A stretch of DNA of 64,000 nucleotides from Tubiluchus corallicola. Lineage: Eukaryota > Animalia > Priapulida. The DNA is taken from contig JAQGDQ010000068.1 of the NCBI GenBank assembly GCA_030141605.1, positions 248,001-312,000 of the forward strand, read 5' to 3'. The notes under the pieces were generated by a model, which was not told the origin of the DNA, searched no databases, and was given only the letters and a program-made list of their open reading frames with translations. Shown one piece after another: positions 1 through 15,250 of the stretch. Position 1 is the first letter of the stretch. Each line of letters starts with the position of its first letter. The position numbers and the translations under genes are program-made.

Positions 1-1774
1 GGGTTTGACAGAAGTGTAAAAACAATTTCCAAAGGTGGTGCATTATCAGTGCTTTTAATTTGGAGATGATTAGTTGATATTACTGCCTGTTCTTCATTAT
101 TAAGGACTAGCTCAGTATTATGCATCAAGTCTATTCTATAGCTCATAAATTCGATTTCAAATAACTCGCGCTGACTTGTAATGTTACCACATGTAACCGT
201 GAAGGCAAAACTGTCAAATGATGGTCGACCCTTAACATGAATATAACGTATTTTATCACGGTCAATTTGCTTTTGAAGAACAGAGTCGGCTGGTATCCAG
301 CCATCAATATTCCTCATCTTTTCTATGCGGCCATATTTTGGTGCATTGACAATATGGAATACAGTAGGTGGCAAATCCCTACTTGCAATTGAACTTGGAA
401 GACCATTTGTAAAAGTGAGATTTTCGCTGTGGATGATAACGTCTGTGTGATGTGGCAAACTTACTCCTGTGTTTGTGACTTTACGTAGGTTGATGTTATG
501 TGCTATAATTTTAAACATTACTTGAGTGCTCTCTACAATTCCATCCGTAACAGTCAGAAGAACAGGGCAAGAAACCTTGCCACCAAGATGGACAAAACTA
601 ATTTTTCCACGGTCAATATCTTTTTGAGTAAATTCAGTCCTACGATGTCCAACTGCACTCTCGTGTTGAAAGTATCCGCCCATATGTTGGCTTTCCCAAA
701 CTGTATACATTAACTTATGTGATGGTGTATCTACATCCAAGGCTTGTACCATGCTGCTAGTTAGAATGAGGCGGTGAGCTGCTACCATATGAAGTTGATT
801 ACCAGAATTTAAAATGATCCTAGGAGGGTCATTTACAGGCATAACTTCGATACTAAATGTGAACGTATGCTTGCGCTTTAATGCAGGAGGCAAGTCTAGT
901 CCACCAACAAATAGCAGCTCCAATGTGAGCGAATCAGCAGATGCTTCAGAACCATCATGAATGTATGTGATTTTCTCCAAGTTAAGATCTTGAATAGTGA
1001 AAGTGTCCTCACCATGTTTTGTAGATGTCTTGATCTCAATAGTGCCATGGTTAGGCTGAGAAATAACCTTAAATATTACACCAGTATTAGAAATTCCATA
1101 ATTTTGATAATCTACAATCACATTAATATTGGCAGAAGTAATTAGTTCTCGAGTTCCTTCATCTAATTTTAAAGGATGTACAGCTATAACTGGCACATCA
1201 ACATCTGTGTTTGAGTCGCCACTTAACTCTTCCCAATGATGGCCACTTTTAGTACATTTTTCATATGGACACTTACAGATAAAATCATTTACACCGTGTT
1301 GCTGACACATAGCTCCCTCTATGCAAGGTTCATACAAACAAGTATAGACGTATAAACAATCTGCCTTGATTCCAAGTGACGTAGTCATTTCTTCGAAACC
1401 AGTTAACTTGTTATTAATCTTGATATTATGAACACAACCCGATAATGAAAATGCATCTATTGAACTAAGGAGAGTGACTAGACCATGCTGTATTGCTCGC
1501 TTGCGGTTGTTCACATCTATGCCTCCAACGTACAGGTGACCGGTTAGGTCCAAGTGCTTGCTCCCACCAATGTTTAACTGAAGACTTTCTGGCACTCCAT
1601 CAACTGAAACTTCTGCAATACTAGCTGCAAAAGATGCAGAAATATGGTGCCAAAGGCCATCATTTACAGTTAGTTTTGAATAGACTTCAATGTGTCCATT
1701 GCCTTGATTTAGTGACAACTTTATCAGTCCATTAACAAGCTCCAGTGCAAAAAAGTCAGGCATTGTTATTGCAC
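1..1774 (-). CDS. CSPG4: Large exon of a CSPG4/NG2/kon-tiki-like gene: rest of laminin-G domain 2, an EGF-like domain and CSPG repeats; continues beyond the window
   Basis: Acceptor ttacag|GT at 1775/1774, phase 1. Manual translation is open to position 1 (absent from the ORF track because it has no stop): DFFALELVNGLIKLSLNQGNG...VNDGLWHHI...LYVGGID...GCVHNIKIN, then CLYEPCIEGAMCQQHGVNDFICKC, then CSPG-repeat motifs QPNHGTI, FTIQDL...ITYIHDGSE, FTQKDIDRGKISFVH, APKYGRIEK. Confidence 0.88.
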
Positions 1775-2197
1775 CTGTAAAAATAAACGACATTAGAAAA
1801 TGTTCCAGGGCATTGGTAAGATATTTAAAAAGATGTATGTAATAATATGCAACATTTGACTATTTTCATATTGTAACCAATCAGATCAGGATGTATTCAG
1901 ATAAAACTATAATTAATTTTGTTGCCACAACACTTTATCTTTATCACTGTAACTTTTTAATATAAGAACATTATTATTAACTTTAAAAAATATTAAATTA
2001 AAAAATACTTTAAAATTCTTTTAAAATCAAATTACAACTGTCAAATATTTTTACGACATCCACATCATAATTTTTGATACATTAGAATTAATATATCTGT
2101 CTTATTTAGCAAGCACTTTTTTTACAAAAAGACTGGTTAACACTTCACTAATTTTTGTGAAAAAGCTGCAGATAGTTGTATCTCGTAATTGTCTTAC

Positions 2198-2863
2198 CGG
2201 GACTATACATGACTATTCCACTGGATGCTTGTGTCTTAATGTCGAAGGATACAATCCCTCCCTGCCTGGCATTTATATGACCAAACAGTGCAAATGCATT
2301 ATCATCTATAAAACTAATTGACTGGGAAGAGGTGGCATCAAATATGCTATCACAACCTTGCCATTCTACATGATGGGTTTCACTTCCATAAGCTAGAGCT
2401 TGCTCAAAAACGTCCATTCCATTGAATGTAAAATTGGCCATGCATCCACGGAAATTTTGGAAATTTCCCAAGAAGACTTTGTCAAATTGTCCAACACTAC
2501 CGACATGTAGGCCATAGCTTATATTTAATTCGAAGAAAGAACCCGGTGTTAATGTTTGACTCTGGTGCACCTTGTCAATGATTAGAGTGACAGCATCACT
2601 AGTTCTTTGCAAAGTTACACTGTGCCATACGTTGTCATTAAGTTGAAGACTGTGGTAAGAGTGTACTTCTGCCACTCCAGAACCAAGGTCCAAACTAGCC
2701 TTTATTCTCCCAGATGTTAGTTCTATAACAAGGTAGTCTGTCTTCCCAGCTGCTAAGAGCAATAGTCCAGAGGAGCGCTGTGTTTTGAACTGGAAGCCCA
2801 AGATGGTGTTTCTTTGAGCACTGTGTAGAGGCACCACAATGTATGAATCGCCATAGAAAGAAG
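2198..2863 (-). CDS. CSPG4: CSPG4-like exon encoding laminin-G domain 1 and the start of domain 2
   Basis: Acceptor ttttccag|CT, donor CCCG|gtaaga (phase 1-1, joins the 1774 exon in frame). Translation xSFYGDSYIVVPL...FQFKTQRSSGLLLLAAGKTDYLVIEL...LNDNVWHSV...FRGCM resembles the CSPG4 mature N-terminus; overlaps ORF 2148..2837. Confidence 0.9.
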
Positions 2864-3544
2864 CTGGAAAACAAGAACAACATCAATAAACAATAAATTA
2901 TGTTTTCAGTAGTATTACAAATAATCTCTCTAGTCAAAATGAAATGTGGGTTACATATATAACTATCTATATGCAGATAACCTCAGAGATGTGAGACAAA
3001 CCGAAATCGAGTCAACCAAGTACAAATTAAGCAGAGTTGACTCTAATTTGTCCTACGTAGATTATGATGGATTAATGAGTATAAAATTTAAGAAACAAGT
3101 TGGAAGGTTTTCATTCACCACAAAGCAAATTTAGTGTTAGAAATTAAGTCCTTTAACTTGATTAGACTTGGTTGAAAGGGATTTTTCTGTAACTGACAAG
3201 TACATTGAATATCAATATTTCAACTGGTGTAAATATTTGTGATTAAGCTAGGGACTTGAAGAAGTGTTTCCAATTTCTGCGTCAGGTTGAAATAATTTTG
3301 CTCAAGTAGACCTTGTTGTAGAGGATCAACGGATTTCAAAGAAAAAGCTCTAAAATCTTTTGCAAACGCGTAATGAGCTGCACAAGTCTAGCAAAATTAA
3401 GCGGCCAAACTAAACAGCTTAAGAGACAATCATAACATGCGCGAATTAAGAAAGGATGCAAAATGAGAATAAGAAATGAAAAGAAACAACAGGAAAAAAA
3501 GAGATAAGAAGAATGGTGGAGTAACAGGAGGCGGAAGCTGACAC

Positions 3545-3546
<2 letters not shown>

Positions 3547-3584
<38 letters not shown>

Positions 3585-4600
3585 ATCTTTATTTGCCATT
3601 AAAAACATTGATAATCACTGATAAAAACTTTATAGAGATAATCAATCAGTGTTAGTTAATAAAAACTTACACTGCTGAAGGCAAATGCGTCAGTGCAATC
3701 TAAACTACTGTGCAGTAATGACGAATAAAATCAAACATATTTACAACTATACACAAAAAAATATAAAAAAAAACTATGATTTAATTAATATGGCCGTGGG
3801 TATATGAATTCGGAATTAGTGTGTATGTTGTCGTACTGGTGTGATGGTATTTCATATCTGGTTAATATTAGTGATTTTAATTTTGTTTTAAATGCTGATA
3901 GGGACTTGATTTGTTTAACCTGTAATGGTAGAGAATTCCAAAGTAAAATTGCTTGTTTGATTACAGAGTTCGTTCCATAGTGGGTATTTGTCCTAATTTG
4001 TTTTAGATTGCTTGTTCTGGAATTAACGATAGGATTTGGAAAAAAGGTAAATCTGTTATTCTGGAATGGTTTGCTGATGTTGTTAATGTATTTAAATATA
4101 AAAAGCAGAGTAAAATATTCTTTGTGTGCTTCAATGATTGGGAATTTTAAAGTTTTTCTCAGGTTAGTTGTTGAAGCTTTGAATTTTTGTCTACCTGCCT
4201 TGTGTTTGTATGAGTACCCAGCTATCAATCTCAATGCATAGTTTTGAAGGAGATTTAATTTTAAGTAATTTTCTCTTTTGGTTTTTTGAAGTAGCGTACA
4301 TCCATATAAGAAGTGTGGTAGAACTAAAGTTTTATATATTAGTGTTTTAGTTTCCTTTGTTAGTTGCCCTTTAACTTGTCGGAGATATGATGTGCTAGAT
4401 GCCATTTTTGTGTATATGTTATTAAAGTGATCATCCCATGAAAGATTATTGTCTACTTGTATGCCCAGGAATTTAACATTGTTAGTTTGTTTGATTACAG
4501 CATTATCTATTGTCAAAGTGGTTGATGATGCATCATTAGTATTTAATGAGGGTGACAGTATCATGAATTCTGTTTTGTCATTATTCATTTTTAGCTTTTA
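3547..4600 (-). mobile_element. 5'-truncated non-LTR retrotransposon (CR1/L2-group), reverse-transcriptase C-terminal part plus 3' UTR and (AT)n tail, intronic
   Basis: ORF 3785..4588: KTEFMI...VKFLGIQVDNNLSWDDH...LIYKTLVLPHFLYGC...LWNSLPLQVKQIKSLSAFKTKLK. Minus-strand AATAAA at ~3588-3593 followed by (AT)n at 3547-3580. Confidence 0.85.
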
Positions 4601-4706
4601 GATACGGAAAACGCCAAGAATTAAGAAGAACCTTTCAAGAATGGTATTAAACGAAATGAGTGACGTATGACTTAGAAAGAGAAAAGAAAGTGAAGAAAGA
4701 GGGCAA

Positions 4707-4872
<166 letters not shown>

Positions 4873-5522
4873 GGGGAGGGATAAAGAGAGAGAGAGCTAA
4901 GACCAGAGCTAAGTAAAATAAGTCGCGTTCTCAGCCTTGCGATGCAATAACCAAAGACATGTTGGCGTCGACAGAATGTCTAATTAGTTTCATGTCAAGA
5001 TCGCTGGCAGTTTAATTACTATTGGTAAGACGTTGGAAAAACAGTACTCGTCATCATCATCGTTTCGCTGAAGGATAAGGTGAACAAAGAGAAGAAATGG
5101 AAAAATGAATCTGACACTGCAGAAACCGTATTGCAAGCACAGGTAATCAGTGCATCGAAAGACTGCTACACAAAAGCGACAAAAAGTTTGTAACGCGAAG
5201 CCAAAATAGCTTCGAAAAATAACCTTTCCGGGAAAAAAGTTAAATGTCGTCTGGCTAGAAAATAACATAATTATGGTTGTACAACAAAAATTTTATTAAT
5301 AATTAATTATTAACAAAAAAGTGTTAGCAAGTAATTAGAAAAATTAAATATGTTCTTCCGTGAAGATGTTTGTTAAAGTTCTTGGTGCAAGGGAACTGGT
5401 TGGTCTTAGGCGGTTATCAGGCGGTTATCAGTATCATGATGTAAAGTCACTATTAGGGCTACTGTTGACCAAGAGCCGGCAGGCATTACTCAACGCCAGT
5501 TTCTCTTGTTGTTGCTGATTAC

Positions 5523-5701
5523 CTCACTATTAGTGTGCAAACGGAATGCTGAAGAAATAACAACAAGACCAACACAAACTGAGAGAGGGCACGTGTAAGC
5601 GATATACGCGTACAAGAAGCCATAAGGAGGATTACACAAACCATCTGCCCCCAGTGAGCGGCAGGCATCCGCCGCAGAAGTCTGATTCCCACAGCAGCCA
5701 T
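5523..5701 (-). CDS. Candidate first coding exon (hydrophobic leader) of the CSPG4-like gene
   Basis: ATG at 5701, MAAVGIRLLRRMPAAHWGQMVCVILLMASC...FVLVLLLFLQHS, good donor AG|gtaatc. It ends in phase 2 while the LamG exon needs phase 1, so another exon or a different start is required. Confidence 0.35.
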
Positions 5702-8700
5702 GTTTAAATTACGGCTATAATCAACGATGAAAGAGCTGAACCATTCATGTTTAAAGTACACCGACCAAAATCATTTGCTGAAAAGTCAACAAGGTGTTAG
5801 GGATTAGGGACAAAAAAAACTTCAGCAAAACAAAATTAGCAGCGAGTGAGTTCAAATAGGCTGATATATTTGAAAACTGCTGTTTTATTTTTGGCTTCAT
5901 GGTAAACTTCGAACGCACAAAAACGTAAGAAAATATTTGAGTATGATGAAAATAACACGCAGAGGTTAAAATTTCAACAAAAACAATAATAAACAGAAGT
6001 TAACGCGTTAGAATTTGTAATATTCAAAACCAAAAGCAGCAGTTAATGTCGAAATTAACTTTTAACACCTGCTCACGCTTAGCTAGGTTTGCATTTTATC
6101 TAGCTATCTAAAGCACTTTCACTTTAATTCACTTGATGTAAACAAATGTTCGTCCACAGATTGTTACAGTTATCACAGTTTCCAGTAACTCAGTATCACA
6201 ACAGCTATTTAACAAGAGAGAAGGAATCAAGAATCTTACATTTTTGAAATTGAAAAGAATTGCGTTCTAAACATGAAATTAAGATTATAAATATGTAATT
6301 AATCATATAACATCTTTGGCTAGTTGGTAGCTTTTGCGGGTTTCAGGCGACTACAAAACTGTATTTTTAAAAAGCTGGGGATAAATGTTATGTTTTCTGT
6401 ATTAGTTCATTGCGTTCCCAAATGCTTCAATGCATATAAGTTTATATGTCATAACTAAGACTATGCAATAGCAAAAGATTTTGTAATGTACCGGCAAAAC
6501 TAGGTCAACGCGTCAATAATGTCCGCATGAAATGACCCGATATTAGGAAACCAGGTAAAGCAAAAGTAGAAAGTGTTGCTGTGTTAGCGTCGAAGAATCA
6601 TGCATTTTGACACATGTAGTTCATTTCATGTAATTAAAGTGATGTGCACATAAGCAGTTACACACACACTGTGTTATTACTTATGCTAAACTTAAGAACT
6701 TTAAAAAACTTCCAGAATTTGGCCACCCAAAAAATATGGCGAATTTTGCCCAATGGTAAAGCGGGATGACAGAATTTTAAAAACGTTCCATATCGCTTTT
6801 GCTATTGACATGACGACAGAAACGGTGGTGGCAGAGATGATGATAATGATGATGGTACTTAAGACGACAACAACGACAAGAGAACTTGACGGTTGCAATA
6901 AATTAGTCTATGAGTGGTGGACAACAGTGAAGGGGGAGATATTACTTATTAACCTGAAATGATTTATTGAAGAGAAGACGAGAGAATCCATGCAGCAATA
7001 ACGCCAGACTGCTGCATCCATTTCTTAGCAGTGCCATTTTTCACTGATTTGATGTACTGATGTCACTAAGTCAGATTTTAATCTGCGATTTAAGCCTAAC
7101 GTATATACAGCTACGAATTGTGCAGGAGAAAGTTGAATGATATCGGCAGCTGCCAGGCTTTAACCCAAATATAATAATATTCCGTTTTTCCTCGCAACTG
7201 AAGACTATTCCGCGTTTACGTACGAGAAGCCAGTGTGTTTACACAATGCTTGACTAGAATCTAACCTCCGGGTTTAAATCATTTAACAGGAATCCACTTT
7301 GCTAGAGAAGGTTTCCGGTCTTCCGAGATTCACTTTCTTGCCCAATAAAGTGAATTTCTAATGAGGTATGACGTGAAGTCTTTCCTGAAAGACGCAATGT
7401 CTGAAAGTCACTGAAACGGTGACATAACCAATGGAAAAGACTCAACTTGCTGGTACCTACAGCTCTTCAGTTGTTTTTTGCATTAAAATTTAGTACATTG
7501 ATAGGCTTATATTAGTACTTGGAAATAGATTTATAATTTATGTTGGGCAAATGCATACTTCAGCTCCCTATGGATTCTGCGTTTAACTTTCTGAATCATT
7601 CCTAGTACTAGACTCCAAAACACTAAAAATTTAAACGTCTCCCCCCACGCAAAGAGTAAACTTTGCATGGTTGAAAAATGCAGTTCATTATGTAAAATTA
7701 TTGAACTTGACAATGTTGTAAAAACGTTATTCAACGTCTGTTTTTTTAATAAGCTCACGTGTTCTCTCAGAAGTACACGTTCACAGAACATTCAAAGTAA
7801 CACGTGGAAACAGCTTAAACGTATTTCCGTTACGTTTGCAAACTGACCATTTAAAGAACATTCTCGAAAAATGTAAGCGCAGATGGTCTTAATTTCACCA
7901 ATATGTTACACTCGTTCTCAGTTTTGCGGGTCTTCAGATGCTGTTTTGATGTCCATATACTTGTCCACTGCCATGACGTGGAAAACAGAAACGGTAGCAG
8001 TTTTTTTTATTTTACAGGAATTGTGACCTCCAGTTTCCGTACGATCCTGTCTTTAATGATGTGATGAAAGAATAGAATTAAGGCCAAGCCAGTTTAGTCT
8101 ACACAGTTAACTAAGTCAAAGAATGTTTTATAAAATGAAAAGTTATAACTTGACTACTAAAAAAGAAAAAGCTCTGACGCCAAAAATCATATTAGCTTCA
8201 GAAACAACTTATTCTGTTTACCAATGGAGACCAAAAACACATTTACCACAGTGTGTACAAAAGGTAACCATACTGTGCTAAAATTTCTTGTATATGTACT
8301 AGCATATGAGGAAGTGCACCTTATATTTTCTATAGGGTCCCAACTTGTTCTCTTTATTTAGTTATTGTATATACTCGACTTTTTTCTTAATGGTTCAGCT
8401 AGGAGAACAGAGTAGTAGGCAGGTGGAATAAGTGTTGTTGGTTGTTGCAATTTAATATCGCAGGAGTTCGTGGCAGGGCTTAGTATTTACGCATTGATAA
8501 AGCAAGCGACAAAACTTAAAGAGGATAAAAGTTTCCATGCTCAGCTAAAGGAACCAACGCTAGAAACTCACTTATGAAACTAGAAAGTCCGGTGATGGTC
8601 AAAGTTACACAGACAAAAATTGCAGAATATTTGCGTTCTTCGTTAGAAGTACATGAAGACCCTATGATTCATTTGTAAGCCGCATGTATGGGGCATGGAT

Positions 8701-9142
8701 GACGTTGGTGGTGATAAGAGTGGTGCTGATTTAGATCATTTCGCTGGAAAGAGCAGATATACATGATGGTACATTGTGTACTTCGTATTATTACACAGTG
8801 TTACTGTTACTAAAACTTCCCATAACTTCGTGCTAGATGAGCAGAAGGAAACGGCGTTTTTGTCGATTAAGAATTATCTAAGGATGTACGGGTAGTAGTG
8901 TGCGGCAGACAAAAGATCCCTGGATTTAGTAGGGCCTAGTGACACCAGGAGAGTGTACACGTCGCCTGTGACGTAGAAATATTGCTAGAAAAATTTCATA
9001 ATTTCATTCCTTTAGTCTACACAGACATTGCTGGAGACTTTACTGTCATTACTGAGTGACTCATTCATATTTAATGACAATGTTTGAAAGAGTACAAGGG
9101 ATTTCAGAGCAGCCATCAGAAACGAATAACGGTTTGGTCACA

Positions 9143-9229
9143 TGGGATAAGATTTTTACTGCAGTTACAACTGGGATAAGATTTTTACTGCAGTTACAAC
9201 TGGGATAAGATTTTTACTGCAGTTACAAC
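9143..9229. repeat. Three perfect tandem copies of a 29-bp unit TGGGATAAGATTTTTACTGCAGTTACAAC
   Basis: Copies at 9143, 9172 and 9201 with no spacers. Confidence 0.95.
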
Positions 9230-12200
9230 TTACTGCGTACAACCAATTGCCACTTTAATTTGGATCTTCCACTGTTCCTGTTCTCCCAACAGAACACGCA
9301 AAAATGCAAAATAGTTTCGTTATTGAATGAATGCATACAAGATGAGTATCGAGTACTAGTACTTGTGACAAGCAGACATGGCAAAGCTTTTGTCCGTTAA
9401 TGTGATTTCGAATCGGAGATTGCAACTGAAATGCCATTTGAGTTTCGTTGACAACCGAATGGATTCTGACGGGATGTCGGATAAAATACAAGACGAAAAG
9501 TAATTACCATGTAATTGGGCAGCCGCCAGAGCTGTCATCTCCAAGGACTGGGAAAGATGCTCACATTAAATTTTTATACTTCAGTGAATATTAGCAGGGT
9601 GACGTGCGTGATGCACATTAAATGAATGACAATGTATGTGATTTAATTAAACGCTCAAGGAAGTAATTAGTAGCTGCAACAGCCGGGATAATAAGTACGT
9701 GTAATATACATGTAAATGATAATGCATAGTTGTATTTGTACATTATATTTGCGAATTTTTGGACAAATCTGCAAAAAGCACAATCAGCAATTTTCATTTG
9801 TGAATGTTATAAGGACGAGTTGTTGCGCAAAACTGCAGTTTCCTTGGGATGAGTCGATAGGCCCGATAAAAAATTAAAAAACAACAAGATTCAATTACAC
9901 GATTACGCTACATCACTTTTGGCAATAATTGCAGAGATGCCGTGGACATGAAATTTCTCATCTATATCCACAGATTCTATGCGACCATCTAGGGATATAT
10001 CCGTATCCAAAGATGCCTATACTGTAAACATCTGTCCTCTAAATAACCACAATAAACAATTAGCTTCTACTTTCCTTTAGTATTGAACATGTAGGAAACA
10101 TAAGGATAAATCGTTTTATGTTACATTCAAAAATGGCTGTGTTGTGCCCAGCACAAGTATTTATTAGTATAAATTAAGATGTACTTGTAACAACCAATAG
10201 AGTTCTAGAACTGAAAAATGAAATGTCAAAAAATGGTCATGAGTAACAACAATACAAAAATGGCATTTTTGGGAACGATCAATTTGGTAGTCATGATTAC
10301 ATGTGCGTACACGCGCATAATGACCACACAGCTGCTTCAAATTACAGTGTCTTTCTGAGAAGCCAATTAGAAAGTCGTAAATTTGGCAAGTGCCGCGGTT
10401 GATTTCCATTGAGTGCTATCTATGCCGGTAATTTAGGCAATTGCTGAGAGAAAAACGACACCACCTGCGGTTTGGCAAGAAGATTTTACTAAGATGAATC
10501 TTCGCGACATTTCACAGTGTCTAAGAATTACAGTCTTCTCTTTTTCTAATAAATGGTTGTGAGCGACTGACAAGAAGCTTTTTGTTTTTTGAGACAAAAT
10601 TTGGGCTTCTTCTTATGTAATTCAGTTGTTAGTGATGTGCTTACGAAAATAGGATTTACACCATGTATCTACGGTCACTGACTAATAAAGCTACCCCTAG
10701 CACGGCAGTAGCTGCTGCCACCGCTACACCACTATGCCGATACCACCATCACTACTATTGAACTTTTGCAACAGCTGGATTAGGGCTTCTATAGCAGAAT
10801 TTATTCATCTTCATCTAACCGTAATACATTGACCCTTACACAAATTTACAAAGACGTACCCACTGCCCCACCTCCAGATTCTAGATATGTTTTTCTATCT
10901 ATACAAAACTTGAATAGTGCTAACTAAAATTCTCCTGTACTCGCCTCCAGTCAACTACTGATCAGTGCTGCGTTGTTACTCTACCTTCAACAATGTCAAT
11001 TACGTTTCAGAAAATTTGTTGTAGAACAGTGCACTCAATGTATTGCCCTTGCTAGCTAACCAATTGTTATCTTCCATATCACGAAACACTCATTGGCTTT
11101 TTTAAATTCTGCCAGATCCTCTCTCCGCCTCCTCCTCCGCCTACTCTTCCTCCTCCTCCTCTTCTTTTTCCAAATACACTTGCCTCCTCCTCTTTTTGCA
11201 CACCTTCTCACATCAATTACGGCTACATGCACTACACTGATGGTTTTACATAATATGAAGCAGAGGACAGAAAGTTTCTCCAGCGTACGCCATAACTCTG
11301 CTGCTTTATAATGCTGGTGCAGTAATAAGATCTGACCGGGGATAACACGGTTACACAATATTATCTCGGATGGTGTGGTGGCGTGTTGGCTCAATGTAGA
11401 TCAATTAACTTACAAGAACATCCACAACTATTCGGAGACAAATCTGTTTAAGTCAGAAGCCCACGATATGACTTCTTATGACACACACCCGACCAAATGT
11501 CTATATTGAGAAAAAAAACAAAGAATACATATCTTTAAAACACAATAATCGTAAGACGGTCATAGAACTGTTACAAATTTGTTTAAAATTTAATTTAAAC
11601 GATTAATTATACAATAGAAAAGGAATTCCTCCTGTTTCATGATGTTGAGTATTAAGTATCATAGTCATGTCTATACACTCAGAAACAGTGAAAATGAAAT
11701 ATTTAAATAAACCCACTGTCTTTGAACTAGTTGATCTCAGCCGACACTACATTGTATAAGACAAAAACAAACAGTTAAAATAATTGTGCTCATGACTCTG
11801 TTTCTCTGACGGCAATGTATTAAACGTATCTCGCAACGTCTGCTATCAGGAATTAATCCACAAGAAAAAAGCCAGTTTTTCTCAAGGAAAAAATAATGAA
11901 AATAGTGAACAAATTATCATTTTAAATTTATACTATGCAGTATACAATTATGTCAAAACTTTGAATAGGGCTAAATTATAATTAAACATGTACTATTTTT
12001 CGCAAATTTTTTAGTATATCACATCAAACACAGACGAAAGCACGCAAGTACGACAACATAAATGCAAATGAATTTATAAGCAGTTATGTCAACACATTGC
12101 CTATTATTAACAAAATATTGCAAACAAGGCCATAACAGAAATGCCAGGCAGACTGCACGACATTCCGGTATAGCATTACTTACGCAAACAGATGTGCTGA

Positions 12201-15036
12201 AATATCCGCATTTAAGCAATATTCACCGTAATAATAAATCGGTCGTCGTATTTATATGCGTAACTCTATATCTCATCAGCAATTACCCCTTGCACAGCTT
12301 ATCTGCGATGTTGTACGTCCCATACATTACTGCCAATTAAAATACTTACTGAGACGTAGTAAATGCTGTAAATAGTTACAAGCGTTTAAGATGCAACCCA
12401 AGATCAGAGCTGCACGTGTTGACTTTGCGACTTTGCCTGCGCCATTAAGAAACCATCGAGACGCCATTAAAAGCTCCATAAAACGACGCTGCTTCTTCTG
12501 TTCAAAAGACTGTTCTTACATCAAGTTAATTGACTGATACGAGGAGCTTTCACATAATTGCCCTATCATCTTATACTTAAGGTTCTTTTCTAGAATGATT
12601 ATTATCATTATTATCACAACAGCTGCTATAAATATAGCACTTTTTTACTTGAACTTCCAGCAGTCTATCTGGCAACGTTTCGCATTAGCGAGCTCCAAGC
12701 ATATCACAGTACAGTACACCGTGTCACTTATTTGGGACAGACAAAATCCTTGATAAAGGATTGGAAACTTGAGGCCAAAGGCATGGATTAGGCTAAAGGG
12801 GTCATAATTTCGTTTTCGATCAGCAATGTTCACAAATAAAAATTTCTACTTCAAAATCTTGATAGTAACGCAACCCATTATGCCTTAAAGTAACGTAGTG
12901 AGCAATTTTTTACAGGACAGGACTGATACAAGCATTTATTTTGTGCTTGAAAATGACGGCAACGGCAAGCTGATGTTATTACACCTGCGGTTATGATTAC
13001 GATGACAGCTGTGGTTCTTATTAATTACAGTTGATATCTGCAATGGCAATTCCGTTTATTTTAATAATTTGTTAGCAACTGCGGATACTACAAAATCGGT
13101 CTACACGGATACCTGTGATTTTTTCCGCAATGTGACAACATTAGGAGGCTGCATCAAAATTTGTCTAAGATCGTCAATGTGTATATCCTATTTCACGGGG
13201 GTATGTGTGTGCACTTTATCCCCTCCCTGGATTTCTCTGGTGGAATGGTTCGTAAGAACTCGGAAATAGTTCCAAGCAGTTAGGGAAGTCGATAAAATGA
13301 TTAATAGCATCTGTAATAACAAGAGCGCCCTAGATCACAGTTCAGTAAACCGCAAAGTGCTGTGAAAGAGGTGGGACATCGAGTGCCTTCCGGACATCTC
13401 TTGTAGAAAAGAATACACATGAAAAAGCTGCTTTTGTAAGAGTAAAACTAACAAGTCTAAGGTGCCTTGAAATTTTGCTGAAACACGAAATGACAAAAAT
13501 TTGCGCCCCTAAATTCCAAGGTCCTAACACTAACTACTATGTTCTCTTGCTTCTCTATCCAAACATTTTCATATCAGTACCTCTGTCCTTGCCAGATTAT
13601 TAACCTGGCGCACCAGAATTAAAATTTGCACTTAATTCAGTACGAGCGAAACAGATCATGAGTCTTTAGTCACGAAGTTAAACGTGGTTTGGTTAGTGAA
13701 TGGCTAGGTGCCCGGCAGAAAATCTGTTTCTAGGTAGTTTGAGTTGTCATACTACTGAAGTGATGCAAACATATCTGAAAGTGGCCAAGACTCTTCTGCT
13801 ACTCAATATCTCGTATTAGAATGTTATACATGATAAAGAATTAGATTCCGGTCATGCTAAACCTAGTTTTGAGTACCTGATAGAACACACAGATTGCCAG
13901 GCATAATTAAAAGTGAAAACAAATAAGACAAAGATTATGACAAATAGGCCTAAATCTATGTCTGGCATAAACTTTGGAAAAATAACTTTTAATGACATTT
14001 TATTAAGTGAAACTAGCAAATAAAAATACCATGGGTATTGGTTAACAAATGATAACCGAGACGAGTTGTGATACGAAAAGATCATATCGACTTTCTCTGT
14101 TTGCAGTCTAGAAGTAAAGTTTGTAAAGCATTTGCATTAAATATTTACGGTTTATCACGATGGTTGCGATTTTATAACTACAATGTAACAAACACCAGAG
14201 CTGCATTTAATAAAGTATTTGCCAAATTTTTTTAGGATTGAATATCCGTACACTGCCAGCAGAATTACAGCAGAATTGAATAGGCCGCATCTTAAAACGC
14301 TAAAAAGAAAGCATTTTTATAGTAGTATGTGCCGTACAATGAAAGTAAACAATTCGGTTGTAGCCAATATTTTAAATAGTGACGTATATATGAATTCTTT
14401 AATATGGAGCAAGTGGAGAGACAAGCTATTAGTACAATAATTTTATTTTGACTTTGTGAATTAGTCTTTGTAAATACTGATGTGTAGTTTGTAGTTTGAA
14501 TTTTTTATATACTTGTATTTCATGCTTTATGGACGAGAAGTCTGAAATAAAGGTGTTAATGTCTACTAGACTATCCAATACATCTACAATACACAATTTA
14601 ATGAAATGACAAGTCAACTTCCAAAGCTGTTCTCCGAAGCCTTTTCTTCGCAATAACAGTTAGCACAAAAACCAACCTTGATAAAACCTCTTCACTTCGC
14701 TTTCAGCAGGAAATTCACTTGATACAATCATATTATGTTGCTTATGAAATCTGGTGATAAACCTAAAGCTTAAAATAATGGCAAAACGCAAAACTTTTTC
14801 TTGAAAAATGTGTCAGTTTGTATTATCATCACGCGCCGTTTTATTACAAACTTTGCGCGGATTCACAATATATTAATCCCCATAGATATTCATGGACTGA
14901 TAAGCCGATTTACACAACCACAAATATCATACGCAGACCTGAAATATTTAGCGGGAATTTATGAACAAAATAAATTTAATTATCAAGCTCACAAATAATA
15001 TTCAATCGGAACAACGAATTTCAATTTTGTGACTTT

Positions 15037-15040
<4 letters not shown>

Positions 15041-15129
<89 letters not shown>

Positions 15130-15250
15130 CTCTCTTTCCCCCCCTCTCTCTCGCTCTCACTCTCAGGCTCATTCTCTCCCTCACTCACTCTCTCTCCCTT
15201 TCCCTCCTCTCTTACCCTCGCCCCCTCACTCTTTCTCCTCTTCTCACCGC
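15041..15250. repeat. (TC)n microsatellite and degenerate pyrimidine tract
   Basis: Directly visible. Confidence 0.95.

Noticed and set aside
9143-9229. 29-bp direct repeats as a CRISPR array
   Set aside because: No spacers, no cas genes, eukaryotic context; simple minisatellite.
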